A stretch of DNA of 30,610 nt from Fidelibacterota bacterium (GCA_024277405.1 JAJRVI010000116.1:1-30610); one strand, 5' to 3'. Counted from the stretch's first letter, positions 1 to 12,052 are shown. Made by a program: numbers and translations. The notes: generated by a model from the sequence alone, not told the origin.

Positions 1-227
1 TCCTTGAGTGTGTCCGCCCGGTAGATCCGTTTCAGATCCTGGGCCATCTTTTCCCGGTCGGACTTCCTCGCCTTCGCCAAGGCATCCCTCACCGCATGCA
101 CCACACAAAGCTGCCATTTGGCGTTGGGGAACACCTCCCGGATCGCCTCCTCGATCCCAGGGAGATCGTCGCTGATGAATACCTTCACCTTCCTAACCCC
201 ACGCTCCCAAAGCTCCCGGAGAATGTC
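1..227 (-). pseudogene. Truncated second IS256-family transposase (internal/C-terminal part, continues off the left edge; 5' half missing)
   Basis: Manual minus-strand translation gives DILRELWERGVRKVKVFISDDLPGIEEAIREVFPNAKWQLCVVHAVRDALAKARKSDREKMAQDLKRIYRADTLK. It has the second catalytic Asp (ISDD) and the CxxH motif, and about 43/75 identities to the neighbouring transposase by hand alignment. It is cut off at the IS end at 229. Confidence 0.9.
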
Positions 228-228
228 T

Positions 229-253
229 GGTAGTGTCAAGAATTCTGTGTCAC
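229..253. repeat. IS256 terminal inverted repeat (downstream of tnp)
   Basis: GGTAGTGTCAAGAATTCTGTGTCAC; contains the transposase stop codon (236-238). Confidence 0.92.
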
Positions 254-1408
254 ATTTTGTGGCGTGGGGTACCTTTCTTCGAACAACCGGTTGAGCTCCT
301 CTTGGGCTTCGGCGAACCCCTTGAGCCTTCGTTCCCATTTGATCCCTTGGCGCTCACATTCGAGATATAAGAGCTTGTAGATCGCATCGGGCTTTGGGAA
401 CTTGTAGTCCCGCACCTTCGTGCCCCTGCGTAGCTCCCGGATGAACCGCTCAAGAAGGTTTGTGCTCCGCAGGTATGTCCACAGGGCCTTCGGGTAGCGG
501 AAGAAGACGAAAAGGGAGTCCAGCTCCTCTTCCCATGCTCTCACCGCCTCGGGGTACTTCCTTTCCCACCGGGCACGGAACCTGCGCCAGGCGCCCTCGG
601 CCTCTTTTTGTGAATCCGCGAGATAGATCTGCCGCAGCCCCCATGCCACCGCTCCGCGATCCTCCCTCCTCACCTTGGCCAAGGTGTTCCTCATCTTGTG
701 GAGAAGGCATTGTTGCCACTCGGCGTTGGGATAAACCCTCCGGATGGCCTCCTCCATCCCGGGAAGGCCATCGCTCACGAACACCAGTACTTCCCGCATC
801 CCTCGCTTCCACAGATCCCGAAGGATCTCCTGCCACACCGCCGCTGACTCGTTGGGGAAAAGGTAGAACCCCAACACCTCCCTGCGCCCCTCGGGATCGA
901 TCCCCAACACCACATACACCGCCTCTTTTCGAATGCCCCCTTCCCGCAGGACCTTCACAAACAGACAATCCAGGTACACAATGGCATACCGCTTCCTCAG
1001 GGATCGTGTGCGGAAGGCCTCCACCCTCTCCAACACCAGGTCCGTGATCCGGCTCACGGTGCTGTGGGAGTAGCGATGTCCCAGAAGATGCCCCATCACC
1101 TCCCCCACCTTGCGTGACGAGACCCCCACGGCATAAAGTACCAATACCAGGTCGGCGAGGTCCACGGTCCTTCTGGCATAAGGGGCGAAGAGAGAGGGCT
1201 TGAACCGACCTTGCCGATCGCGGGGGACGCGGAGCTGTACCTGGCCGAAGGGCGTCTCCAGTCTGCGGGGGTAGGTGCCGTTCTTGCGTCCCCCGTTTTC
1301 CTGAATGAACGCTTCCCGCTCCAGGAAAAGAAGGGCTTGGAGCTCTTCGGCCACCACTTCCCTCACCGCCTCCCGCAGAAGCGTCTCAAGTTCGCCCCTG
1401 TCAAACAT
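236..1408 (-). CDS. IS256 (Mutator-type DDE) transposase, about 390 aa
   Basis: Motifs YLDCLF (D), VSDGLPG (D), QQCLLH (CxxH) and STNLLERFIRE (E). The ATG at 1408 has an AGGAGG SD (1415-1420), so it is preferred over the ORF-track start at 1429. Confidence 0.95.
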   Translation of the reverse strand: MFDRGELETLLREAVREVVAEELQALLFLEREAFIQENGGRKNGTYPRRLETPFGQVQLRVPRDRQGRFKPSLFAPYARRTVDLADLVLVLYAVGVSSRKVGEVMGHLLGHRYSHSTVSRITDLVLERVEAFRTRSLRKRYAIVYLDCLFVKVLREGGIRKEAVYVVLGIDPEGRREVLGFYLFPNESAAVWQEILRDLWKRGMREVLVFVSDGLPGMEEAIRRVYPNAEWQQCLLHKMRNTLAKVRREDRGAVAWGLRQIYLADSQKEAEGAWRRFRARWERKYPEAVRAWEEELDSLFVFFRYPKALWTYLRSTNLLERFIRELRRGTKVRDYKFPKPDAIYKLLYLECERQGIKWERRLKGFAEAQEELNRLFEERYPTPQNVTQNS

Positions 1409-1447
1409 GGGGTACCTCCTTCCCCTCAAGGTACCCCACCACAGACA

Positions 1448-1472
1448 GTGACACAGAATTAGTTACACTACC
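1448..1472. repeat. IS256 terminal inverted repeat (upstream of tnp)
   Basis: Reverse complement is GGTAGTGTAACTAATTCTGTGTCAC, 22/25 identical to 229-253. Confidence 0.92.
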
Positions 1473-1516
1473 ATCGCCCGACTACGTTGTGAGCAGGGCC
1501 GGAGCTGGATCCATAC

Positions 1517-1544
1517 AAAAACGGGGGCGCGCACGCGCCCCCGT
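1517..1544 (-). terminator. Intrinsic terminator of the spoVS-argS-ftsY-ppdK operon
   Basis: Perfect 10-bp stem ACGGGGGCGC/GCGCCCCCGT (1521-1544) with a 4-nt loop, followed on the minus strand by TTTTGTAT; about 25 bp after the ppdK stop. Confidence 0.9.
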
Positions 1545-1569
1545 CGCATCCTCCCTAAGAACCGCTTCC

Positions 1570-4257
<2,688 letters not shown>

Positions 4258-4260
4258 CCA

Positions 4261-5169
4261 CTACCTCCTTACCAGGGCCCGGGCGAAATCGCGCGCCCGG
4301 AACTCCAACAGGTCCTCCATCCCCTCGCCCACACCGACCCAGAGGATGGGGACCGCGAGCTCCCGCCAGATGGGGAGCACCGCTCCCCCCTTGGCGGTCC
4401 CGTCCAGTTTCGTGATCACCAGGCCGGTGAGGCCCACCGCCTCGTGGAAGAGCCGGGCTTGGGAGAGCGCGTTCTGCCCCACGGTGGCATCGATCACGAG
4501 CAACCGCTCGTCCGGGGGCCGGCCGGTGAGCTTCTCCACCACCCGCCGGACCTTCCGCAGCTCCTCCATCAGCGGTACCTTGGTCTGGAGCCTCCCGGCC
4601 GTGTCAACCAAAAGGAAATCGTAGCCTTTCTTGGTCGCGTGCTCCAGGGCATCGTGGACCACCGCCCCCGGATCGGCCCCAGGGCGGTGGGCGAGCACCT
4701 CTACGCCCACCCGCCCCCCGAGCTCCACCAACTGCTCGATGGCCGCGGCGCGGAAGGTGTCCGCAGCGGCCAGGAGCACGCTCTTCCCCTGGCCCTTGAA
4801 CTTGTGGGCGAGCTTCGCGGCGGTGGTGGTCTTCCCCGAGCCGTTCACCCCCACGATGAGGAACACACAGGGCACCTCGGGTGGCGGGGCGAACCTCCTC
4901 TCCGCCCCCGCGAGGATCGCGGCGATCTCCTCCTCCAGGGCTGCTCCGAGCCCATCGGGGGATAAGGAATCCCCGTGTTTTTCCGCCAACGTCCCCACGA
5001 TCTCCTCGGCCAGCTCCGGGCCCACATCCGCCAGGATGAGGAGCTCCTCCAGCTCGTCGAGGAGCTCGCGATCGAGCCTCCTCTTTGTCCTGAGGGATTC
5101 CTCCAGGGGAGCGAGGAAGGCCTCGCGGGTCTTCTTCAGGCCGGTGCGGAGCCGCTCGAAGAGGCCCAT
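4261..5169 (-). CDS. ftsY: Signal recognition particle receptor FtsY (short NG-only form)
   Basis: [32 protein letters not shown]. The ATG overlaps the argS stop; alternative GTG at 5172. Confidence 0.97.
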   Translation of the reverse strand: MGLFERLRTGLKKTREAFLAPLEESLRTKRRLDRELLDELEELLILADVGPELAEEIVGTLAEKHGDSLSPDGLGAALEEEIAAILAGAERRFAPPPEVPCVFLIVGVNGSGKTTTAAKLAHKFKGQGKSVLLAAADTFRAAAIEQLVELGGRVGVEVLAHRPGADPGAVVHDALEHATKKGYDFLLVDTAGRLQTKVPLMEELRKVRRVVEKLTGRPPDERLLVIDATVGQNALSQARLFHEAVGLTGLVITKLDGTAKGGAVLPIWRELAVPILWVGVGEGMEDLLEFRARDFARALVRR

Positions 5170-6815
5170 CACATCACCTCCGGGGCCGAGACCCCGAGGA
5201 GCGAAAGGCCCTTCGCGAGGACCGTCTTCACCGCGGTGAGCAGGGCGAGCCGGGCCGGGGTCGCCTTCCCCTGCCCCAGGATCCGCACCCGGTTGTAGTA
5301 GGGATGGAAGATCCCCGCCAGCCCCTCCAGGTATTCGCAGAGGAGATGTGGCCCGTAACCCTCGGCGGCCTTGCGCACCACATCGGGGAAGCGGTCCAGC
5401 TCCTTTATGAGCGCGATCTCCTCGGGATCATCCAGGGGCGAAAGATCGACCTCCCTGATCCCGTGATCCGTGAGGGATTCGCCCCGCTTCTCCGCCTCGC
5501 GGAAGATGGAGGCGATGCGGGTGTGGGCGTACTGGACGTAGTAGACCGGGTTCTCCATGGATGTCTTCTTCGCCAGCTCCATGTCGAACACCAGATGTGC
5601 CTCGGGCTTCCGCCGCACCATGAAGTACCGCACCACGTCCCGGCCGAGCTCGTCCACCAGGTCCTTCAACCGCAGGAACTTCCCCTTCCGGGTGGACATG
5701 CGCTCGACCCCCTCACGTCCCTTCAGGGTCACGAACTGGTGCACGCAGTAGTCGAGGAACCCTTCGGGGTACCCTAGGATCTTGAGGGCCAATTTCACCT
5801 GCTGCTGTTCCTCCACGTGGTCCGCCCCCTGGACGTCGATCACCCGGGCGAACCCCCGGCGGTACTTGTCCACGTGGTAGGCGATGTCCACCATGAGGTA
5901 GGTGGGGGTGCCGTCGGAGCGGATGAGGACGGGATCCCGGGGTAGACCGTAGGAGGTGGACCTCATCCAGAAAGCGCCGTCCTTCTCGTAGACGACCCCC
6001 TTCTCGCGGAGAGCCTCGAACACCTCCCGCACCAGGCCCCGCCGATGCAGATCACCCTCCTTGGTCCAGACATCGAAGGAGACCCCGATGGCGGCGAGGT
6101 CCTCGTGGATCATCCCCATCATCCGCTCCACGGCCACCCGGCGGAAGGCCTCCGCCGCCTCGGGGGTCCACCCCGGGTATTTGTTTCCCCATTCCCGGGC
6201 GAGCTCCTCCCCTAGGGGTACGAGGTAGTCGCCGTGGTAGCCGTCCTCGGGGACGGGGACGTCCTCCCCCAGGGCCTGCCGGTACCGGGCCCAGAGGGAC
6301 TTCGCCAGGAGCTCTATCTGGCGGCCCTCGTCGTTCAGGTAGTACTCGCGGGTTACCTCCCAACCCAGGGCGGAGAAGAGGTTGGCGAGGGCATCCCCCA
6401 GGGCGGCCTGGCGGCCGTGACCCACGGTGAGGGGGCCGGTGGGGTTGGAGGAGACGAACTCCACCTGGAGGGACCTTCCACCCCCCAGGTCCCACCCCCC
6501 GTAGCCCTCGCCCTCCGCGAGGATCTCCCGGAGGAACCTCCACAGGGCCACGGGCCGCAGCCTGATGTTGAGGAACCCCCCTACCGCCTCGGCGGAAGCG
6601 ATATCGGGATGAGAGACGGCCGTGACGAGATCCTGGGCGATTCCCTGAGGGGGGCGGCGGAGTTCCTTGGCCAAGAGGAAGGCGATCCGCGACGAGATAT
6701 CCCCATATTCGGCCTTTTCCGGCCGTTTCACGGGGATCCCTTCGGACGGGGAGGGAAGGGAGAGCTTCGTCAGGGCATCGGCGATAACGGCCCTGGCCAG
6801 GGCCTCAAGGCGCAT
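5169..6815 (-). CDS. argS: Arginine--tRNA ligase
   Basis: 548 aa; [18 protein letters not shown] (HIGH region), DVQGADH, RMSTRKG (KMSKS region), [13 protein letters not shown]-terminal APEVM. Confidence 0.97.
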   Translation of the reverse strand: MRLEALARAVIADALTKLSLPSPSEGIPVKRPEKAEYGDISSRIAFLLAKELRRPPQGIAQDLVTAVSHPDIASAEAVGGFLNIRLRPVALWRFLREILAEGEGYGGWDLGGGRSLQVEFVSSNPTGPLTVGHGRQAALGDALANLFSALGWEVTREYYLNDEGRQIELLAKSLWARYRQALGEDVPVPEDGYHGDYLVPLGEELAREWGNKYPGWTPEAAEAFRRVAVERMMGMIHEDLAAIGVSFDVWTKEGDLHRRGLVREVFEALREKGVVYEKDGAFWMRSTSYGLPRDPVLIRSDGTPTYLMVDIAYHVDKYRRGFARVIDVQGADHVEEQQQVKLALKILGYPEGFLDYCVHQFVTLKGREGVERMSTRKGKFLRLKDLVDELGRDVVRYFMVRRKPEAHLVFDMELAKKTSMENPVYYVQYAHTRIASIFREAEKRGESLTDHGIREVDLSPLDDPEEIALIKELDRFPDVVRKAAEGYGPHLLCEYLEGLAGIFHPYYNRVRILGQGKATPARLALLTAVKTVLAKGLSLLGVSAPEVM

Positions 6816-6820
6816 CCTCC

Positions 6821-7081
6821 CTATTTCTCTATGATAAAGCGCATCCCGGTTTTGAGCTCTCCGCCGATCTCGACGTCGATGAAACCGGGGATGACCTTGA
6901 TCTCCGTCTCACCCTCGCGCTCGATGAGGCGGCGCGCGATGGCGATCGCCTTGACGGCCTGGTTCACCGCGCCCGCCCCGATGGCGTGGGCCTCGACGAT
7001 CCCGTCGTTCTCCAATGCACCGGCGATCGCACCGGCAACCGCATTGGGATTGGAGGTGGATGCGACTTTGAGGATTTCCAT
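6821..7081 (-). CDS. spoVS: SpoVS-family (Alba-like) protein, 86 aa
   Basis: MEILKVASTSNPNAVAGAIAG...AIGAGAVNQAVKAIAIAR...PGFIDVEI is the SpoVS signature. The ATG at 7081 has an AAGGAGG SD. Confidence 0.93.
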   Translation of the reverse strand: MEILKVASTSNPNAVAGAIAGALENDGIVEAHAIGAGAVNQAVKAIAIARRLIEREGETEIKVIPGFIDVEIGGELKTGMRFIIEK

Positions 7082-7125
7082 ATCTGCCCTCCTTTTGCTT
7101 GGGACGTGCTGCACGACGTCGTCCG

Positions 7126-7154
7126 ATTCTAGCGCGGAGTAAACACCCGGTCAA
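7126..7154 (-). promoter_or_regulatory. Sigma70-type promoter of the spoVS operon
   Basis: TTGACC (7149-7154), 17-nt spacer, TAGAAT (7126-7131) on the minus strand. Confidence 0.8.
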
Positions 7155-7221
7155 TCACACGCATGCAAGGGCGGGTTCACCTTCGATTCACGGATTTCCA
7201 GGGGGCGCGGTCCCCGGGCAA

Positions 7222-7249
7222 TTGAGTTCCAGGGCGCTCCCGTTACCAT
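7222..7249 (+). promoter_or_regulatory. Candidate promoter of the DUF3467 operon
   Basis: TTGAGT (7222-7227), 16-nt spacer, TACCAT (7244-7249). Confidence 0.45.
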
Positions 7250-7275
7250 GATTTCGGAGAAGGGGGTGGTTGTCG

Positions 7276-7551
7276 ATGCAACGCGAGATGCAGGTCATCG
7301 CCGAGCCGGCGCTCCGAAAAGGGGTCTACGCCAATCTGGCCGTGGTCTCCCACCAAAAGGAGGAGTTCGTGATCGATTTCCTCTTCCTCGACCCCCGCAC
7401 CCAGACACCCAAGGGGGGACAGGCGCTGCTCGTATCCCGGGTGATCCTCTCCCCGGGCCACATGAAGAGGCTCCACCAGGCCATCGGGGAGAACATCGAG
7501 AAGTACGAGAAGAACTACGGGAAGATCGTGCTCCCGCCCAAGCTCACCTGA
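7276..7551 (+). CDS. DUF3467 family protein
   Basis: GVYANLAVVSHQKEEFVIDF...SRVILSPGHMKRLHQAIGENIEKYEKNYGKI matches my recollection of DUF3467; purine-rich SD upstream. Confidence 0.85.
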   Translation: MQREMQVIAEPALRKGVYANLAVVSHQKEEFVIDFLFLDPRTQTPKGGQALLVSRVILSPGHMKRLHQAIGENIEKYEKNYGKIVLPPKLT

Positions 7552-7562
7552 AGGGGGAGACG

Positions 7563-8396
7563 GTGCGTTTCCCCGCGGTGGCGGGAACCTTCTACCCCGG
7601 GGACAGGGAGTCCCTGGAGGGGGAGTTACGGGATCTCTCCGGGGCGCCCCCGGAAGAGCTCGTCCCGGGAAGGGCTGAGTTGCGGGGGCCGCTGGGGCTG
7701 ATCCTCCCCCACGCGGGCTACATCTACTCCGGAGGGGTGGCCGCGGCGGGGTGCCGCGCCGCCGCGCGGTACGGGAGGCCCGAAGCCGCGGTTATCCTCG
7801 GCACCAACCACACCGGCTACGGGGGCCCGGTCACCGTAGGGGACCCCGAGCCGTGGGTTACCCCCCTGGGGGAGGTCCCGGTGGCGGAGGGGCTCCTGCG
7901 GGAGGTGGAGAAGCTCCCCGGGGCCGTCCGTGACCGGCGGGCGTTCCTGCGGGAGCACTCGGTGGAGGTGCAGCTCCCCTTCCTCCAGTACCTCTTCGGG
8001 GGCGTGCCCTTCGTCCCCGTGGTGGTGCTCGCTCACGACCCGGGGATCATCGAAGAATTCGGGGCCGGGCTCGCGGAGATCGTCGGGGGGCGGGGGATCT
8101 GGATCATCGCCTCGAGCGATTTCACCCACTATGAGCCCCACCATGTCGCCGTGGAAAAGGACAAGGCGGCCCTGGAACGGATCCTCGCCCTGGACCTCGC
8201 GGGGTTCCTCCGGGAGGTGGAGGCGCGGGGGATCAGCATCTGCGGGGTGGGGGCCGTGGGGATCGTGATGGCGTGCGCCCGGGCCCTTGGGCTAACGGAG
8301 GCCGAGCTCGTCTCCTACCGGACCTCGGGGGAGGTCTCGGGGTACACCGCCGAGGTGGTGGGGTACGCGGCGGTCATCTTCCGGGGGCGGGGATGA
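7563..8396 (+). CDS. amrB: MEMO1-family / AmmeMemoRadiSam system protein B
   Basis: VRFPAVAGTFYP, ILPHAGYIYSG, GTNHTG, EHSVEVQLPFLQ, ASSDFTHY, SICG. GTG start at 7563 after AAGGGGG; the ORF-track start at 7248 is an upstream extension. Confidence 0.93.
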   Translation: MRFPAVAGTFYPGDRESLEGELRDLSGAPPEELVPGRAELRGPLGLILPHAGYIYSGGVAAAGCRAAARYGRPEAAVILGTNHTGYGGPVTVGDPEPWVTPLGEVPVAEGLLREVEKLPGAVRDRRAFLREHSVEVQLPFLQYLFGGVPFVPVVVLAHDPGIIEEFGAGLAEIVGGRGIWIIASSDFTHYEPHHVAVEKDKAALERILALDLAGFLREVEARGISICGVGAVGIVMACARALGLTEAELVSYRTSGEVSGYTAEVVGYAAVIFRGRG

Positions 8397-9247
8397 GGAG
8401 CATGACCGGCTTCGGCAGGGGACGGGCCGAGGGGGAGGACTTTTCCGTACAGGTGGACGTACGGAGCCTCAACCACCGGTTCCTGGAGGTCCGGGTCCGG
8501 GGGCTCCCCGATATGCCGGGGCTGGCGCTGCGGTGCGAGGAGGCCATCAAGGCGCGGTTCTCCCGTGGTAGTTTCGACGTGAACGTGACCCTGGACTTCG
8601 GGGGCTTCCGACGCCCGAAGGCGATAAATCGGGAGGCGGCCGTGCGCCTCTGGCAGGAGCTCCGTGCCCTTTCCGCGGCCCTCGGGATCGATGAGCCCCC
8701 CTCCCTCGAGGCCCTCCTCTCCCTGGGGGTGGTCCAGGAGGAGGGCCCCGAGGAGGAGATGATCCGGCCCGTGTTGGAGCGGGCCCTGGGGGCGGCGCTG
8801 GACGAGCTGGAGGCGTTCCGGACCCGGGAAGGAAAGGCCCTGGCCGACGCCCTGCGTCGGGAAGCAGGGGCCCTGGAGGCACTCCTCTCCCGGGCGGAGG
8901 CGGAGATCCCCCGGGCCAGGGAGGCCTTCGCCGCGCGGCTGCGGGAGCGGTTGGGGGAGATCGGCGTGTTGGACGAGGCCAGGATCGCCCTGGAGGTGGG
9001 GCTTTGGGCGGAGCGCACCGATGTACAAGAGGAACTCGATCGGTTGAAGTCCCATCTCGCCCGCCTGGAGGATCTCCTCCGGGCGGAGGGGCCGGTGGGA
9101 CGGGAGCTGGAATTCCTGGCCCAGGAGATCGGCCGGGAGGCGAACACCCTGGCCGCCAAGTCCCGGGGCGTCGCCCTGGGGGAGGTGGCATTGGAGCTCA
9201 GGCTGTGCGCCGAGAGGATCAGGGAACAGGCGAGGAACGTGGAATGA
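8393..9247 (+). CDS. yicC: YicC/YloC-family endoribonuclease
   Basis: MRSMTGFGRG, RSLNHRFLEV, DVQEELDRLKSH, GRELEFLAQEIGREANT, IREQARNVE; ATGA overlap with amrB. Confidence 0.94.
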   Translation: MRSMTGFGRGRAEGEDFSVQVDVRSLNHRFLEVRVRGLPDMPGLALRCEEAIKARFSRGSFDVNVTLDFGGFRRPKAINREAAVRLWQELRALSAALGIDEPPSLEALLSLGVVQEEGPEEEMIRPVLERALGAALDELEAFRTREGKALADALRREAGALEALLSRAEAEIPRAREAFAARLRERLGEIGVLDEARIALEVGLWAERTDVQEELDRLKSHLARLEDLLRAEGPVGRELEFLAQEIGREANTLAAKSRGVALGEVALELRLCAERIREQARNVE

Positions 9248-9867
9248 GGGAATTCCTTCCGCCCGGCTGGGGAGTGCAGGGGGAGAGGGGGATCGCGTTC
9301 GTGATCACCGGCCCGTCGGGGGCGGGCAAATCCTCGGTGATCAGCGCGCTCCTACAGCGCGATCCGCGGCTCTCCTTCTCCGTCTCCGCCACCACCCGTC
9401 CCAAACGTCCCGATGAGGTCCACGGCCGCGATTACTACTTCGTCTCCCGGGAGGAATTCCTCCGGCTCCGGGAGGAGGGCAAACTCCTCGAGTGGACCGA
9501 GTACCAGGGCCACCTCTACGGGACCCCCCGGGAGGAGGTGGAGCGGAAGCTCTCCGGGGGGAGGGACCTCGTTTTGAACGTGGAGGTGCGGGGGGCGCTG
9601 GCCATCGCCCGGGCGGGGATCCCGCATCCGGTGGTGCTCATCTTCCTCGTCCCCCCGAGCTTCGAGGAGCTGGTGCGTCGGATGAGGGCCCGGGGGACGG
9701 AGTCGCCCGAGGCCCTGGCCGAGCGGCTGAGGATCGCCCGTGAGGAGGTCCGGGAGATCCCCCATTTCCACTACCTCGTGGTGAACGATGTGCTCGAGGA
9801 GGCGGTGGAGGAGATCCTCTGCATCATCCGGGCGGAACGCCGGAGGCTCGTGCGATGGTCGACGTAG
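9244..9867 (+). CDS. gmk: Guanylate kinase
   Basis: GPSGAGKS P-loop, SATTRPKRPDEVHGRDYYFVS, HLYGTP; ATGA overlap with yicC. Confidence 0.96.
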   Translation: MREFLPPGWGVQGERGIAFVITGPSGAGKSSVISALLQRDPRLSFSVSATTRPKRPDEVHGRDYYFVSREEFLRLREEGKLLEWTEYQGHLYGTPREEVERKLSGGRDLVLNVEVRGALAIARAGIPHPVVLIFLVPPSFEELVRRMRARGTESPEALAERLRIAREEVREIPHFHYLVVNDVLEEAVEEILCIIRAERRRLVRWST

Positions 9868-10217
9868 GCGTGGACATCGTGGAGGTCGACCGGATCCGCG
9901 AGATCCTCGTGCGGCGGGGGGACAGGTTCCTGCGCCGGATCTTCACCGAGGGGGAGATCGCCTATGCCCTCTCGGCACGGCCCCCCCTGCGGGAGGAGCG
10001 TCTCGCGGCCCGATTCGCCGCCAAGGAGGCCTTTCTCAAGGCGCTGGGGCGCCCGGTGCCGCTGAAGGAGATCGAGGTCACCAACGACGAAAACGGGCGC
10101 CCCCGGATCCTCTTCCGGGGGCGCCCCTATCCCCTGAGCCTATCTCACACGAGGGGGATCGCCGTCGCGGTGGCCCTCATTCCCCGGCCAGGCCCCGGAG
10201 CCGCTCGGCGAGCTTGA
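9855..10217 (+). CDS. acpS: Holo-[acyl-carrier-protein] synthase
   Basis: VGVDIVEVDR, RIFTEGE, LAARFAAKEAFLKALG, GRP, LSLSH. Confidence 0.95.
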   Translation: MVDVGVDIVEVDRIREILVRRGDRFLRRIFTEGEIAYALSARPPLREERLAARFAAKEAFLKALGRPVPLKEIEVTNDENGRPRILFRGRPYPLSLSHTRGIAVAVALIPRPGPGAARRA

Positions 10218-11841
10218 TCGTCTCGCGGCCCGGCTGGGCGATATAGGCCTCTCGCTCCTCCTTCGTGGCCTCCTCCTGGAGCTTCTTGATGGAGAGGCGG
10301 ACCTGGCGCTTGGCCTCGTTGATCCCGATGATCTTCGCGGTCACCTCCTGGCCCACCTTCAGGACCTCGGAGGGGTGGGTGATACGCTCCTCGGCGATCT
10401 CGGAGACGTGGATCAGGCCCTCCACGGTGGGGGTGATCCTCACGAACGCCCCGAAGTCCTTGAGCTGGGACACGGTCCCCTGGACGATATCGCCCACGGC
10501 GTAACGCTCGAGGAACTCCTCCCAGGGGTCCTTGGAGAGGGCCTTGAGGGAGAGGGAGATCTTGCGTTCCTTGGCGTTCGCCTTGAGCACGATCGCCTTC
10601 ACCCGGTCCCCCTCCTTGAGGACCTCGGAGGGGTGGTTTACCCGCTCCCAGGAGAGCTCGGACACATGTACCAGGCCCTCGATCCCCTCCTCGAGCTCCA
10701 CGAACGCCCCGAAGTCGGTTATCTTGGTCACCACGCCCTCCACCAGGGCCCCGTTGGGATAACGGTGCTCCACGTCTTCCCACGGGTCCGGCAGGGCGCG
10801 CCGGAGGGAGAGGGATATCCGGCGGCGTTCCTCGTCCACCCCGAGGACCACCACCTCCACCTCGTCACCCTCCTGGACCACCTCCTTGGGGTGTTTGGGC
10901 CGGCCCCAGGTGAGCTCGGAGACGTGGACCAATCCCTCCACATCCTCCTCCAGCTCCACGAACGCGCCGAAGTCCGTGACGGAGACCACCTTGCCCTTGA
11001 CCCGAGACCCCACGGGATAGCGCTCCGCGATACCCACCCAGGGATCCTCCCGCAAGCGTTTTATGGAAAGGGAGATCCGCTCCTCCTCCCGGTCCGCCTC
11101 GAGGACCATCACCTTGATGCGCTGGCCCACGCGGAATTTGCCGGGAGGGGGAACGGGGATGTCCTTCCAGCAGATCTCCGTACGGTGGACGAGGCCGTCC
11201 ACCCCGCCCACGTCCACGAATATGCCGAAGTCCACGATGGACTTGATCTTCCCCTCGATGACCTTCCCCGGCTCGAGCGAGGCGAAGAGCTCGTCCTTCT
11301 TCTTCTCCTCCATGTAGCGGAGGTACTCCTTGCGCGAGACGACGATGTTCCGGTTTCTGCGGGAGAACTCGATGATGAGGAAGTTGAGCTCTTTGCCCTT
11401 GAGGCGCTCGAACTTGCCGGAGATGCCCGGGCCGAGATGGGAGCCGGGGAGGAAGGCCTTGATCCCGTCGAGGTTCACGTTGTAACCCGCGCCCTTTACC
11501 TCTTCGTATATCTTCCCCTTCACCGGGACGCGGTTGCGGTACGCCTGTTCCAGCTCGGCGAACCGCCGGTTGAGGAACGCCTGTTTCTCGGAAACGAAGA
11601 CCGTCCCGTTCTCCTCGTCGATGTAGGTGACAAGGACCTCGAGCTCCTCCCCCTCCGCCGCCTTCTCCCGGAAGGGGGCGAGCTCCGACTTCCGGAGGAT
11701 CGCCTCGGACTTGTAGCCGATGTCCACCAAGTACTCGGTGTCCGTCTCCCCGACGACCACCCCCTTGACCGTGTCGCCACGGGCGAACACACGGACGTCG
11801 CTCAGATCGAGCGCGTCCTCCATCCTAATCCGCTCTGCCAT
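10177..11841 (-). CDS. rpsA: 30S ribosomal protein S1 (long, six-domain type)
   Basis: About 554 aa; DIGYKSEA and repeated (D/T)FGAFV...GLVHVSE S1 domains; alternative GTG at 11844. Confidence 0.96.
   Translation of the reverse strand: MAERIRMEDALDLSDVRVFARGDTVKGVVVGETDTEYLVDIGYKSEAILRKSELAPFREKAAEGEELEVLVTYIDEENGTVFVSEKQAFLNRRFAELEQAYRNRVPVKGKIYEEVKGAGYNVNLDGIKAFLPGSHLGPGISGKFERLKGKELNFLIIEFSRRNRNIVVSRKEYLRYMEEKKKDELFASLEPGKVIEGKIKSIVDFGIFVDVGGVDGLVHRTEICWKDIPVPPPGKFRVGQRIKVMVLEADREEERISLSIKRLREDPWVGIAERYPVGSRVKGKVVSVTDFGAFVELEEDVEGLVHVSELTWGRPKHPKEVVQEGDEVEVVVLGVDEERRRISLSLRRALPDPWEDVEHRYPNGALVEGVVTKITDFGAFVELEEGIEGLVHVSELSWERVNHPSEVLKEGDRVKAIVLKANAKERKISLSLKALSKDPWEEFLERYAVGDIVQGTVSQLKDFGAFVRITPTVEGLIHVSEIAEERITHPSEVLKVGQEVTAKIIGINEAKRQVRLSIKKLQEEATKEEREAYIAQPGRETIKLAERLRGLAGE
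10441..11235. repeat. Internal S1-domain repeats in rpsA with a 258-bp period
   Basis: CACGAA(C/T)...CCGAAGTC copies start at 10441, 10699, 10957 and 11215, exactly 258 bp (86 codons) apart. Confidence 0.85.
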
Positions 11842-11925
11842 CACCGATCACCCCTCGTGTTTGGTTTCCCCTTTTCGGGCCCGCTCCTTTTGCCGACTGC
11901 GAACCCCTTTGGAAGAATTCCCCGA

Positions 11926-11954
11926 ATGTTATCCGCGACGTTATACAGCTGCAA
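11926..11954 (-). promoter_or_regulatory. Candidate rpsA promoter
   Basis: TTGCAG (11949-11954), 17-nt spacer, TAACAT (11926-11931). An additional TATAAC lies at 11940-11945. Confidence 0.55.
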
Positions 11955-11990
11955 TGATGGAACCCGCGGACAACGTGGTATCCCGGACTA

Positions 11991-12020
11991 AATCAAAGAG
12001 GGCGGGAAATCCCGCCCTCT
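11991..12020 (-). terminator. Intrinsic terminator after the pilin-like/chaperone-like pair
   Basis: 10-bp stem AGAGGGCGGG/CCCGCCCTCT (11997-12020) with a 4-nt loop, followed by TTGATTT on the minus strand. Confidence 0.85.
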
Positions 12021-12052
12021 CGCGACTCGATGCCCCCGGCGTTATCCGCCGC

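Larger units (their letters stand above)
229..1472 (-). mobile_element. IS256-family insertion sequence (1244 bp)
   Basis: 25-bp terminal inverted repeats starting GG (22/25 identical) enclose a single DDE transposase ORF. No flanking target-site duplication is visible. Confidence 0.95.

Noticed and set aside
6410-6450. ArgRS HIGH motif reading TVGH
   Set aside because: This motif varies widely in ArgRS and the rest of the enzyme is intact.
7248-7562. Apparent N-terminal extensions of amrB, and likewise of yicC (8273), gmk (9004), the nitroreductase (14392) and fmdB (17080)
   Set aside because: They overlap neighbouring genes or promoters. Downstream starts have SDs and coincide with the family N-termini.
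10441-11235. 258-bp periodic DNA repeat as a possible array
   Set aside because: Fully explained by the tandem S1 domains of rpsA.
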